Of a stretch of 64,000 nt of DNA, positions 1-9,006 are shown one piece after another. A model generated the notes under the pieces. That model did not search any database and was not told the DNA's origin. It was given only the letters and a program-made list of their open reading frames with translations. The stretch comes from Candidatus Fervidifonticultor primus (GTDB taxonomy: Bacteria > Sysuimicrobiota > Sysuimicrobiia > Sysuimicrobiales > Humicultoraceae). Location: the NCBI GenBank assembly GCA_031459855.1, contig JAVKHP010000001.1, positions 2,702,309 to 2,766,308 of the forward strand, in the 5' to 3' direction. How positions within the stretch are numbered: position 1 is the stretch's first letter; each line of letters starts with the position of its first letter. Made by a program: the position numbers and the translations under genes.

Positions 1-1536
1 CCGAGAAAGTTGTAGGCCATCGCCAGCGACTCCACGTCGTCGAACTGCTGCGCCAGCTCGACCGCCCGCTCGCTGAACGCGATCGCTTCGGGATTCCGGC
101 GGTCCATCATGAGGAGCATCGCCCGCGTTCGGTAGGCGGCGGCGAGGTGCGCCGACGGCGGCCCCGCCTCGAGGATCTCGAGGGCCACCAGGCTCGCCTG
201 CTCCGCCTCGGCGTTGCGTCCGTCCCGCACGTAGGTCCGCGCCAGCCGGAGCAGAGCCACGGCCTCTCGACCGCAGTCGCCCTCTTCGCGCCAGATGCGG
301 ACCGCCTCGGTGTCGGCGGCGATCGACTCCGAGAGCCGTTCCGTGATCCAGCACTGTTCCGCATAGGCTTCGAGAAGCTCAGCATGACGCTGCGGCGAGA
401 GCGCCGCCGAAAACCGTAGGGCGCGCTCGAACTGCGCGGCGGCCTCCCGGTGCGCACCGAGCGACGCAGCACGGCGCCCGGCCTCCGGTGCGAACGCCAG
501 GACCGCGTCCGCGTCGCCCGCGGCCTCCGCGTGGTGTGCCAGCCTGACCGGGTCCTGGGCCGCCAGCGACGACGCTCGCAGCGCCGCCAGCACCGCGCGG
601 TGCAGGGTCAGTGCCCGCTGCGGGGAGAGCGCCGTCAAGAATGCGTCTCGCGCCAGCTCGTGCCGGAAGGTCAGCGACCCCTCCTCGGAGCGCAGCATCC
701 CCCGCGACAGGCACTCGTCTACGGCCTCGGGAGGGTGATGCCCGATCGCCTCGAGCAGCCACGGTTCGATCCGGGGTCCTGCCACCGCGCACACGTCCAG
801 CACCGCGCGGGCATCCGGCGACAGCCGCGCCGCGCGCGCGAGCACCGCGTCTCGAACCGTCACAGGAATCTCCGTGCCGCCGCTGTCCAGGATTTCCGTC
901 AGGAAGAACGGGTTGCCCCCAGTACGCCGGTGGAGGGCCGCCGCGTCCAGCCCGCTGCCTTCCGCCAGCACCCGCACCGCCGCTTCCGTCAGCGGCGGCA
1001 GCGTCATCCGGTGCACGCCTTCGGCGGTCGCGAGGTCGCCCAAAAGGATTCGCAGGGGGTGGTCGGGGCCCACCTCGTCGTCACGGTACGTGGCGATGGC
1101 CAGCGCGCGGGTGCTGGCGATGCGCCGGCCGGCGAAGCGGACGAAGTCGAGCGTGGCCTCGTCCGCCCAGTGCAGGTCCTCCAGTACCAGAAGCGCGGGC
1201 TTCGGGCGGGCGCTCAACCCGTCGAGCAGCAGCCGGAATGTCTGCACCCGACGCTCTCCGGTCTCCAGCAGCTGCGCCGCACCCCCGTCGAGGGCCTGGG
1301 CGATCTCGAGGACGGGGCCCAGCGCACTGGGGGTGGACAGCGGCTCGCACCGGCCCCACGCGATCCGCGCCCTCTCCCGCATGATGTCGCAGAACAGGCG
1401 GGCCAGCGAGGTCTTCCCCACTCCGGCCTCGCCGCCGACGAACACCAGCGCGCCCCGGCCGCGCTGCGCCTCGTCCAGCCGCGCCGTGAGCCCCTGCAGG
1501 TAGGTGCCGCGTTCGAGCAGCCTGGCCATTGACTCA
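1..1536 (-). CDS. Partial (3' end outside window) large ATPase-type transcriptional regulator. N-terminal STAND/AAA ATPase with Walker A GEAGVGKTSL, followed by TPR-like helical repeats. LuxR/MalT-like (LAL) family candidate.
   Basis: Minus-strand frame from ATG at 1534-1536 reads MARLLERGTYLQGLTARLDEAQRGRGALVFVGGEAGVGKTSLARLFCD... and stays open to position 1. The P-loop and the ATPase-then-TPR architecture are typical of LAL/AfsR-like regulators. No stop inside the window, so it is absent from the ORF track. Confidence 0.65.
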
Positions 1537-1624
1537 CCCTACGCCCGGCGCGTGACTTCTGTAGTGCGGCGGGAGGCTCCTCCACCCTACAGGGACGTGG
1601 GGCCCCCCGAGCCGTCCGCAAGAT

Positions 1625-1659
1625 GGGGATCCCATCCTCCCAAGATAGGGGATCTCCCC
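1625..1659. promoter_or_regulatory. Pair of GGGGATC(C/T)CC direct repeats in the divergent intergenic region between the regulator gene and the DUF4242 gene. Candidate operator.
   Basis: GGGGATCCCA at 1625-1634 and GGGGATCTCCCC at 1648-1659, 23 nt apart, inside the 193-nt divergent promoter region. Confidence 0.3.
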
Positions 1660-1728
1660 GATGAGCCGGTGCCGCGGCCCGTGCCATCATCCACTCGACC
1701 GGCCGGGACACTGCCAGGAGGTGAGCCA

Positions 1729-2001
1729 ATGCCCCGATACCTCGTCGAGAGAACCTTCGGTGACGGCCTCCGGATCCCGGTGACCGAAGAAGGCACCGCG
1801 GCCTGCCTGCACGTGGTGGACCGCAACGCCGACCTCGGCGTCACCTGGATCCACTCCTACGTCACCGACGACAAGAGCAAGACTTTCTGCATCTATGACG
1901 GCCCCCATCCGGAGGCGATCCGCCGCGCCGCCGAGCGCAACGGGCTGCCGGTGGACCGCATCACGCGGGTGACCGTCCTCGACCCCTACTTCTATCGATA
2001 G
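1729..2001 (+). CDS. DUF4242 family protein (SCO4226-like small nickel-binding protein).
   Basis: MPRYLVERTF...CLHVVDRNADLGVTWIHSYVTDDKSKTFCIYDGPHPEAIRRAAERNGLPVDRITRVTVLDPYFYR matches the DUF4242 consensus. AGGAGG RBS 6 nt upstream of the ATG at 1729. The ORF-track start at 1504 is too long. Confidence 0.75.
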   Translation: MPRYLVERTFGDGLRIPVTEEGTAACLHVVDRNADLGVTWIHSYVTDDKSKTFCIYDGPHPEAIRRAAERNGLPVDRITRVTVLDPYFYR

Positions 2002-2011
2002 GAGGAGAGCC

Positions 2012-2605
2012 ATGCGTACCGTTGCCCTGACCTTGCTGGTCCTTGCCCTCGCCCTCCCCGCCTGGGGACTCGGGCCGCACGTCACAGCCCTGCCGGCCGC
2101 CGCACCCGCGGCAGTGCCTGCGGACGTCGGGTCCAAGGTTGCGGCCGCGCGAGCGGCCACGGCCAGGTACGCCACCGACCTGGAACGCGCCAAGGCCGAC
2201 GGTTACGAGATCATCACGCCCATGATCCCGAACATGGGTTATCACTTCTTGAATCCCAAGATCGAGGGGTTTGACGTGACGAAGCCGCCGATCCTGGTCT
2301 ACGTACGGGGCGGCGACGCCTGGCAGCTCGTCGCGGTGGAGTGGGTGTGGACGACGAGGCCCGCCACCCCGCCCATCCAGGGAGCACGCTACGGCTCATT
2401 CGGCGCGGCCTGCCACTATAAGGACGGCTCGTTCGTCATGGCGAATGTCCAGGCGAAGTGCGGCCACGCCAACGCCAAGACTGGCGCCGCGTTCAACTTC
2501 TGGCATCCCCCGCTCGTCACACTGCACTTTTGGATCTGGTATCCCAACCCGGACGGCCTGTTCGCGGAGTTCAACCCGCTGCTAACCCCGTTCAATAAGG
2601 ATTGA
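2012..2605 (+). CDS. Secreted hypothetical protein with N-terminal signal peptide.
   Basis: MRTVALTLLVLALALPAWG signal-like N-terminus. GGAGGAG RBS. No family recognised. Confidence 0.55.
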   Translation: MRTVALTLLVLALALPAWGLGPHVTALPAAAPAAVPADVGSKVAAARAATARYATDLERAKADGYEIITPMIPNMGYHFLNPKIEGFDVTKPPILVYVRGGDAWQLVAVEWVWTTRPATPPIQGARYGSFGAACHYKDGSFVMANVQAKCGHANAKTGAAFNFWHPPLVTLHFWIWYPNPDGLFAEFNPLLTPFNKD

Positions 2606-2611
2606 TGCGAA

Positions 2612-2641
2612 CGATGGGGAGGGCCAAATGGCCCTCCCCAT
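2612..2641 (+). terminator. Perfect 13-bp stem hairpin (GATGGGGAGGGCC-aaat-GGCCCTCCCCATC) right after the stop at 2603-2605. Intrinsic-terminator-like, without a U-tract.
   Basis: Inverted repeat read directly from the sequence, 7 nt downstream of TGA. Confidence 0.55.
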
Positions 2642-2877
2642 CGTCCCGCCATGCGTCGCCTCGCGCTTGCGATGCAAGAGCAGAGGCACGCTCCCGGGCG
2701 ACCGGGGGCGCAGCGGTAGAGGCAGAGTTGCTCAAGTCGCGTGCGGGCCTGCGGGCACGGGCAGACACCGGCGCTCAGGCGCTGCTCGATGTAGGGCTTG
2801 CAGGGGTCGAGCCTAGTGGGTGGAACCGCGACCAGGCGCCCTTGCGCGGGCCGCAGCGCTCGCCTATCCTAGGGACC

Positions 2878-3585
2878 GTGCACGCGCTCATCCTTGCCGG
2901 CGGCCGCGGGGAGCGCCTGCGGCCGTTCACCGAAGACCGTCCCAAGCCCATGGTGGAGATCATGGGCGTCCCGATCCTCGCCTACCAGCTGCACTGGCTG
3001 CAGACCCAGGGGGTCGACGAGGTGGTCATCGCCTGCGGCTACCGGCACGAGGTGATCACCGACTACTTCGGCGACGGCGCCAAGTGGGGCATGCGCATCC
3101 ACTACGCGGTCGAAGACGAGCCGCTGGGTCGCGGCGGCGCCATCAAGCACGCCTACCGCCAGCTGCCCGGCGCCCCCGACCTCGTGGTCGCCACCAACGG
3201 CGACGTGATCACCAACCTGCCGCTGCTGCCCGTGGTGGAGCACCACCGGGCGCAAGGCGTCCTGGCCACCGTGGTCCTGACCCCCTACGTGAGCACCTAC
3301 GGCCTCGTCGAGGTCGACGAGCGCAACCGCGTCGTGGCGTTTCACGAAAAGCCGACCCTGCCCTACTGGGTGAACGCCGGCATCTACGTGCTCTCCCGGC
3401 AGGCCATCGAGCAGTTCCCGGACGCCGGCGACCACGAGACCACGACGTTCCCTGCGCTGGCGGCAGCCGGCCAGCTCGGCGCATACAAGTCCACGGCTTA
3501 CTGGCGGGCCGTCGACACCGTGAAGGACCTCTCGGAGGTCCGGAAGGAGCTCGAGCGCCGCCTCCTCACCGCGTTCCTGGCGTAG
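2878..3585 (+). CDS. NDP-sugar pyrophosphorylase (nucleotidyltransferase, mannose-1-phosphate guanylyltransferase / glucose-1-phosphate nucleotidyltransferase family).
   Basis: VHALILAGGRGERLRPFTEDRPKPMVEIMGVPIL... has the G-x-G-x-R-L signature of NTP_transferase. I moved the start to the GTG at 2878; the ORF-track start at 2602 would add about 90 non-homologous residues. Confidence 0.75.
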   Translation: MHALILAGGRGERLRPFTEDRPKPMVEIMGVPILAYQLHWLQTQGVDEVVIACGYRHEVITDYFGDGAKWGMRIHYAVEDEPLGRGGAIKHAYRQLPGAPDLVVATNGDVITNLPLLPVVEHHRAQGVLATVVLTPYVSTYGLVEVDERNRVVAFHEKPTLPYWVNAGIYVLSRQAIEQFPDAGDHETTTFPALAAAGQLGAYKSTAYWRAVDTVKDLSEVRKELERRLLTAFLA

Positions 3586-3630
3586 GGCGGGCCCACGCGG
3601 GACCGGGCGAACCTGCCGCGGACGGCGTAG

Positions 3631-3715
3631 CCTCACCGCGCGCGGGACCGCCGAGCGTCGAGGGCCTGCCTGGGGGCGTTCGTCTCGCATCCTCACCGTG
3701 TGCGCGGGACCGCCG
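3631..3715. repeat. Imperfect direct repeat (about 23-25 nt, CCTCACCG(C/T)G(C/TG)GCGCGGGACCGCCG) duplicating the dtd stop-codon region.
   Basis: Copy 1 at 3631-3653 in the convergent intergenic spacer. Copy 2 at 3691-3715 contains the dtd TGA stop and its last codons. Confidence 0.4.
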
Positions 3716-4163
3716 GCTGTTCCTCGCCGACCTCCAGCAACAGGGTCACCGGCCCGTCGTTGGCGATCTCCACCAGCATGCGGGCGCCGAACCGGCCGGT
3801 AGCGACCCGCAGGCCGCGCGCCCGCAGGCCCGCGGCCACGCGCTCGCACAGGGGCGCGGCGCGCGCCGACGGGGCCGCTCGCGTGAACGACGGCCGGCGC
3901 CCGCGACTGGTATCGCCGTAGAGGGTGAATTGCGGCACCAGCAGCACCTCGCCCCCAACCTCGAGCAGCGAGCGGTTGAGCTTGCCGGCCTCGTCGTCGA
4001 ACAGCCGCAGGTGCGCCAGCTTGTCGGCCATGGCGTCGGCGTCGGCCACCGTATCCCCCTCGCCCACACCGAGGAGGACCACGACACCGCGGCCGATGCT
4101 CCCGACGACCTCGTCGCCGACCCGCACCGCACCGCGGGCGACCCGCTGGACCACCGCGCGCAC
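3693..4163 (-). CDS. dtd: D-aminoacyl-tRNA deacylase.
   Basis: VRAVVQRVARGAVRV...SQFTLYGDTSRGRRPSFT...GRFGARMLVEIANDGPVTLLLE carries the Dtd hallmarks (SQFTLY, NDGPVT). GTG start at 4163-4161 chosen by alignment to the family N-terminus MRAVVQRV. Confidence 0.85.
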   Translation of the reverse strand: MRAVVQRVARGAVRVGDEVVGSIGRGVVVLLGVGEGDTVADADAMADKLAHLRLFDDEAGKLNRSLLEVGGEVLLVPQFTLYGDTSRGRRPSFTRAAPSARAAPLCERVAAGLRARGLRVATGRFGARMLVEIANDGPVTLLLEVGEEQPAVPRTR

Positions 4164-4236
4164 GGCTACCTCGCGTACCGGCGGCACGCCAGAGGACGGA
4201 CGGGGCACCACGGACAGCCCATCGCTCCCGACAGGG

Positions 4237-5445
4237 CTACGCCGGTGCGCCCGCGGCCAGCACGTCGGCGAGGGCTGCCACCACCTGCGCGTTGTCCTCG
4301 GGCGTGTTGTAGAAGTACGGCGAGAGACGCACGATGCCCGGCCGGGCGTCCACGATGATACCGCGCGCCCGCAGCGCGGCCACCACGCCGGGCGGATCCG
4401 GCACCGGCACCGTCACGATGCCGGCGTGCCCGTCCAGGTGGGCCGGCACCCGCGGGGCGAGCCCAACCGTCCGCAGCCGGTCCACCAGGTCGGCCACGAG
4501 CTCCAGCTGGCGGTGCCGCAGGCGCGCCGTCCCCACCTCGAGCACGATCTCCAGCCCCGCGTCGGCGGCGTACGCCGCGGCCACCGCCGGCGTGCCGCCC
4601 TCGAAGCGCCGCGCGTCCGCCGCGGGCTCGAAGCGGTCGGTGCGGAACGCGAACTGGTCGCGGTGGGCGAACCATCCCACCGCCGACGGGTGGAGGCGCT
4701 CATGCAGCTCGCGGCGCACGTAGAGGAACGCGAACCCCGGGCCCCCGAGCAGCCACTTCAGCCCGCCGGTCACCAGGAAGTCCACCCCCAGCGCGCGCAC
4801 GTCGGTGGGGAGCTGACCCGTGGCCTGGTAGGCGTCGATCAGGCACAGGGCACCGTGCCGGTGCGCCAGGTCGGCCAGCGCGGCCACGTCCTGCACGTAG
4901 CCGCTGGTGTAGTACACCTGCGAGGCGACGACCAGCGCCGTGCGGGCGTCCACGGCGGCAGCGTATGCGTCGACGGGCGTCGTGGGCGCCTCCGGGTCGC
5001 CCACCACGACCGGCTCCACGCCGGCCGGCTGTCTGGCCAGCCACTGGTAGACGGCGGTGGGGAAGTCCAGCCGGCTGGTCACGACACGGGGCCGCCGTGG
5101 GTCCCAGACCGCGCTGGCCACCGCCGTCAGCGCCGCGGTGATCGAGGGGAAGAGCGCGATCTCTTCGGGTGCTGCGCCGACGACGCGCGCGCACTTTGCG
5201 CGCAGGGCGCTCAAGCGCTCCCACCAGGGCCCGTACCAGGCCGCGGCGCCGTGCTCGTGCCAGAGCGCGAGGAACTGGCGCACCGCAGCCTCCACCCGCA
5301 CGGACAGCGCGCCCAGCGAGCAGGTGTTGAAGTACAGTGCGCGCTCGAAGATCGGAAACTCCTGGCGCCAGCGCCGCCAGGCCGGCGCGCCGTCGTCCGT
5401 CGCGGGTGGCCGTGCTGCGCTCACCACCGCGGCCACCCACCGCAC
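4237..5445 (-). CDS. Class V aminotransferase-fold PLP enzyme (cysteine desulfurase / kynureninase / isopenicillin-N-epimerase-like).
   Basis: EFPIFERALYFNTCSLGALS..., TGGLKWLLGGPGFAFLYVRRE and SPYFYNTPEDN motifs typical of the class V family. Confidence 0.75.
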   Translation of the reverse strand: MRWVAAVVSAARPPATDDGAPAWRRWRQEFPIFERALYFNTCSLGALSVRVEAAVRQFLALWHEHGAAAWYGPWWERLSALRAKCARVVGAAPEEIALFPSITAALTAVASAVWDPRRPRVVTSRLDFPTAVYQWLARQPAGVEPVVVGDPEAPTTPVDAYAAAVDARTALVVASQVYYTSGYVQDVAALADLAHRHGALCLIDAYQATGQLPTDVRALGVDFLVTGGLKWLLGGPGFAFLYVRRELHERLHPSAVGWFAHRDQFAFRTDRFEPAADARRFEGGTPAVAAAYAADAGLEIVLEVGTARLRHRQLELVADLVDRLRTVGLAPRVPAHLDGHAGIVTVPVPDPPGVVAALRARGIIVDARPGIVRLSPYFYNTPEDNAQVVAALADVLAAGAPA

Positions 5446-5479
5446 GCGTTGGTGTACCTGCTCGGCACGGCGCGGTCTG

Positions 5480-6661
5480 CTACGCCTGTCGCGCGGGCTC
5501 CAGCGCCCGCAGACGGCGGCGTACCTCCTCGAGGGTCTCGCGGCGCTTGGGGTAGGCGAACCGCACGTACCGCCGGCCCGCGGCGGGCTCGTGGTAGAAG
5601 CTGCTGCCCGGCACGACCCCGACCCCGCAGCGCTCGACCAGCATGCGGGCGAAGGCGACGTCGTCGAGGCTCCCGAACCGGCTGGTGTCGGCCATGATGT
5701 AGTAGGCGCCGCGGGGAGCCAGACACCGGAACCCGGCGTCGGTCAGGATCGCCAGCAGCAGGTCGCGCTTCTCCTGGTAGCTGGCGGCCAGCTGGGTGTA
5801 GTACTCCCGCGGGAACCGCAACGCGACGGCGCCAGCCTCCTGGAGCGCCGCGGCCGCGCCCACCGTCAGGAAGTCGTGCGCCTTCCGGATGCCGTCGGCG
5901 ATGGCGGGGTCCCCGGCGATGGCCCAGCCCACCCGCCAGCCGGTGACGCTGTAGGTCTTGGACATGCTGTTGATGGTGACGGTGCGCTCGAACATGCCGG
6001 GCAGCGCCGCCAGGCTGACGTGCACGGCACCGTCGTAGACGATGTGCTCGTACACCTCGTCGGTGATGGCCAGGGCGTCCCACTGCTGGCACAGCGCCGC
6101 GATCTGCTCCAGCTCGCCCCGACTGAACACCTTGCCCGTGGGGTTGTGGGGGGTGTTCACGATGATCGCCCGTGTGCGCGGGCCAAACGCGGCTTGCAGA
6201 TCGTCAGGGTCGAACGGCACGCCGGGGGCATCGAGGTCGAGGCGGACGTAGCGCAGGGTCGCCCCCGACAGCAGCGCGTCGGGCCCGTAGTTCTCGTAGA
6301 AGGGCTCGAACACCACCACCTCGTCGCCCGGGTCCAGTACGGCCAGCAGCGTGGCCATCATGGCCTCGGTGGCGCCGCAGGTCACCGTGATGTGCCGGTC
6401 GGGATCCACCGCCAGCCCGTTGTACCACGCGACCTTCTCGGCCAGCGCTGCCCGGAAGCGCGGCGACCCCCAGGTGACGGCGTACTGGTTCCACCCGTCG
6501 CGCAGCGCCTGGACGGCCGCCTCCACCAGCTCGGCCGGCGCGTCGAAGTCGGGGAACCCTTGGGCCAGGTTGATGCCCTGGTGCTGCTCCGTGATGCGGG
6601 TCATCTCCCGGATGACCGACTCCGTGAACAGGTTCACCCGTGCCGCTGTCGTCCGCCTCAC
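5480..6661 (-). CDS. Class I/II PLP aminotransferase (YbdL / kynurenine-oxoglutarate / methionine aminotransferase type).
   Basis: INLAQGFPDFDAPAELVEAA..., NTPHNPTGKVFS, SMSKTYSVTGWRVGW (Lys of the PLP site) motifs. Confidence 0.85.
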   Translation of the reverse strand: MRRTTAARVNLFTESVIREMTRITEQHQGINLAQGFPDFDAPAELVEAAVQALRDGWNQYAVTWGSPRFRAALAEKVAWYNGLAVDPDRHITVTCGATEAMMATLLAVLDPGDEVVVFEPFYENYGPDALLSGATLRYVRLDLDAPGVPFDPDDLQAAFGPRTRAIIVNTPHNPTGKVFSRGELEQIAALCQQWDALAITDEVYEHIVYDGAVHVSLAALPGMFERTVTINSMSKTYSVTGWRVGWAIAGDPAIADGIRKAHDFLTVGAAAALQEAGAVALRFPREYYTQLAASYQEKRDLLLAILTDAGFRCLAPRGAYYIMADTSRFGSLDDVAFARMLVERCGVGVVPGSSFYHEPAAGRRYVRFAYPKRRETLEEVRRRLRALEPARQA

Positions 6662-6701
6662 CCTCGACCTCCTTGCACGCTTCCGGGGAATGGCCGGCCG
6701 C

Positions 6702-8918
6702 TCAGGTGGGCACCACCCGGGCGACGCTGAAGACCTCGGGCACCTTCTCGATCTTCTGCATCACCCCATGGAGCTGGCCGACGTTGCGAATGTCCAGCAC
6801 GATGTTGGTCACCGCCACCTTGTCCTTGCGAATGCGGGCGTTCACCGAGACCACGTTGGTCTTGGTCTCCGCGATGGCGGCCAGGATGTCCTTGAGCAGC
6901 CCCACCCGGTCGAACGCCTCCACCTCCACCTCCACCTGGTAGGGGCCCTCGTGGGTGCGCTCCCACTCCACCTCCATGACGCGCTCGGGGTGCGCGCGCA
7001 GGAAGGCGATGTTGGGACAGTCGCTCCGGTGGATCGTCACGCCTCGCCCCCGGGTGACGTAGCCGACGATCCGGTCCCCGGGCAGCGGCGTGCAGCAGCG
7101 GGCGAAGTGCATCAGGACGTTGTCGACCCCGCGCACGCGCACGCCGCGCGACGCCTGGGCCGGCGGCGCGGCCGAGGGTACGGGCGCCGCGGGGGCCTCC
7201 GCGGCCGGCGCCTCGCCCCGCAGCGCAGCGACCACCTGCAGCAGCGAGACGTCGCCGTTGCCGATGGCGGCCAGCAGCTCCTCCTCGGACCGCAGCCGGA
7301 ACTGCTCGGCGACCTCGCGCAGGCGCTCGGCCTTCATGGCCGCGGCCACGGCGCCGGTGCGGCGCAGCTCGCGCTCCAGCAGCTCCCGGCCCCGGGCCAC
7401 GTTCTCCTGGTGGCGCTCGCGCTTGAACCACTGCTTGATCTTCGAGCGGGCGTTGCTGGTGACCACGAACGTCAGCCAGTCGCGGCTCGGCCCCGGGCTC
7501 GACTTGTTGGTCACGATCTCCACGATGTCGCCGGTGTGGAGCTTGTGCGACAGGGGCACCAGCCGCCCGTTCACCCGGGCGCCCACGGTGTGGTGGCCGA
7601 CGTCGGTGTGGATGCGGTAGGCGAAGTCGACCGGTGTGGCACCCGCCGGGAGGTCGATGACGTCGCCCTTGGGGGTGAACACGAACACCTCGTTCTGGAA
7701 CAGGTCCAGCCGCACCGACTCCACGAACTCCCGGGCGTCGGCGAGGTCCTGCTGCCACTCCAGCAGCTGCCGCAGCCACGCCAGCTTGCGCTCGACCTCG
7801 CGTTCGGCGGCCGAGCCCTGCTTGTACTTCCAGTGGGCCGCGATCCCGTACTCCGCCTCGTGGTGCATCTGGTGGGTGCGGATCTGGATCTCCAGCGGCT
7901 CGCCCTCGTAGAGCACGGCGGTGTGCAGCGACTGGTAGCCGCTGGTCTTGGGGGTGGCGATGTAGTCGTCGAACTCGCCGGGAATGGGCTTCCACAGCGA
8001 GTGCACCACGCCCAGCGCCGCGTAGCAGTCCTTCACGTCGTCCACCAGGACGCGGATGCCCAGCCGGTCGTAGATCCGGGCGATGCTCTGGCCAGCGTAC
8101 TTGGGCCGCTGCAACTTCTTCCAGATGCTGTAGAGGTGCTTGGGGCGCCCGGTGATGTGCCGGCGGTCGACCTTGATGCCCGCCTTCTGCAGCTCGCGAT
8201 GCAGCACGGCGCACACCCGGTCCACCAGCGCCTGGCGGGCCTCTTCGGCCTGCGCCAGCTCCCGGGCGAGCTCGGCGTAGGTCTCGGGGTGCAGCTCGCG
8301 GAACGCCAGGTCCTCCAGCTCCTTCTGGAGGCTCCCGATCCCCAGGCGTTCGGCCAGCGGGGCGTAGATGTCCAGGGTCTCCTGGGCCGTGCGCTTGCGC
8401 TTCCACTCGGGCAGGGGCGCGATCGTCCGCATGTTGTGGAGCCGGTCGGCGAGCTTGATGAGCACGATGCGGACGTCGTTGGCCATGGCCAGGAACATCT
8501 TGCGCAGGCTCTCGGCCTGGCGTTCTTCGCGGCTCTGCCACTCGATCTTGCCCAGCTTGGTCACCCCGTCGACCAGGCCGGCGATCTCGGCGCCAAATCG
8601 CTCCCGCAGCTCGGCCGCCTCCACGCCGGTGTCCTCCAGGACGTCGTGGAGCAGGGCCGCCGCCACGGTCGTGGGGTCGAGGTGCAGGTCCGCCAGGATC
8701 GTGGCCACGGCCACGCAGTGCGAGATGTAGGGATCCCCCGATGCCCGCATCTGGCCCTCGTGGGCCTGGGCAGCGGCCAGGTACGCGTCACGCACCACGT
8801 CCAGGTCGGCCTTGGGGAACCGCTGGCGCAGCGTCGCCACCAGGCTCTGCACCTCGGGTGGCAGCGCCTGGAAGCTGCGGGGTTGTCGGAACAGGTCCAG
8901 CCACTTCACCGGCGTCAC
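6702..8918 (-). CDS. rel: Bifunctional (p)ppGpp synthetase/hydrolase Rel (RelA/SpoT).
   Basis: HD domain (HCVAVATILADLHLDPTTVAAALLHDVLEDT), synthetase domain, TGS and ACT domains all recognisable. I chose the GTG start at 8918 (VTPVKWL) so the gene does not overlap the recJ 3' end. The ORF-track start at 9095 is also possible. Confidence 0.88.
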   Translation of the reverse strand: MTPVKWLDLFRQPRSFQALPPEVQSLVATLRQRFPKADLDVVRDAYLAAAQAHEGQMRASGDPYISHCVAVATILADLHLDPTTVAAALLHDVLEDTGVEAAELRERFGAEIAGLVDGVTKLGKIEWQSREERQAESLRKMFLAMANDVRIVLIKLADRLHNMRTIAPLPEWKRKRTAQETLDIYAPLAERLGIGSLQKELEDLAFRELHPETYAELARELAQAEEARQALVDRVCAVLHRELQKAGIKVDRRHITGRPKHLYSIWKKLQRPKYAGQSIARIYDRLGIRVLVDDVKDCYAALGVVHSLWKPIPGEFDDYIATPKTSGYQSLHTAVLYEGEPLEIQIRTHQMHHEAEYGIAAHWKYKQGSAAEREVERKLAWLRQLLEWQQDLADAREFVESVRLDLFQNEVFVFTPKGDVIDLPAGATPVDFAYRIHTDVGHHTVGARVNGRLVPLSHKLHTGDIVEIVTNKSSPGPSRDWLTFVVTSNARSKIKQWFKRERHQENVARGRELLERELRRTGAVAAAMKAERLREVAEQFRLRSEEELLAAIGNGDVSLLQVVAALRGEAPAAEAPAAPVPSAAPPAQASRGVRVRGVDNVLMHFARCCTPLPGDRIVGYVTRGRGVTIHRSDCPNIAFLRAHPERVMEVEWERTHEGPYQVEVEVEAFDRVGLLKDILAAIAETKTNVVSVNARIRKDKVAVTNIVLDIRNVGQLHGVMQKIEKVPEVFSVARVVPT

Positions 8919-9006
8919 CCGCGCCGGGCCGCATGTCGCCCGACGCCGCGACAATATCGTAGCAAATTCGCGGTGGACGACCGGCTCCCTGCGCCCTGCG
9001 CCCCGC

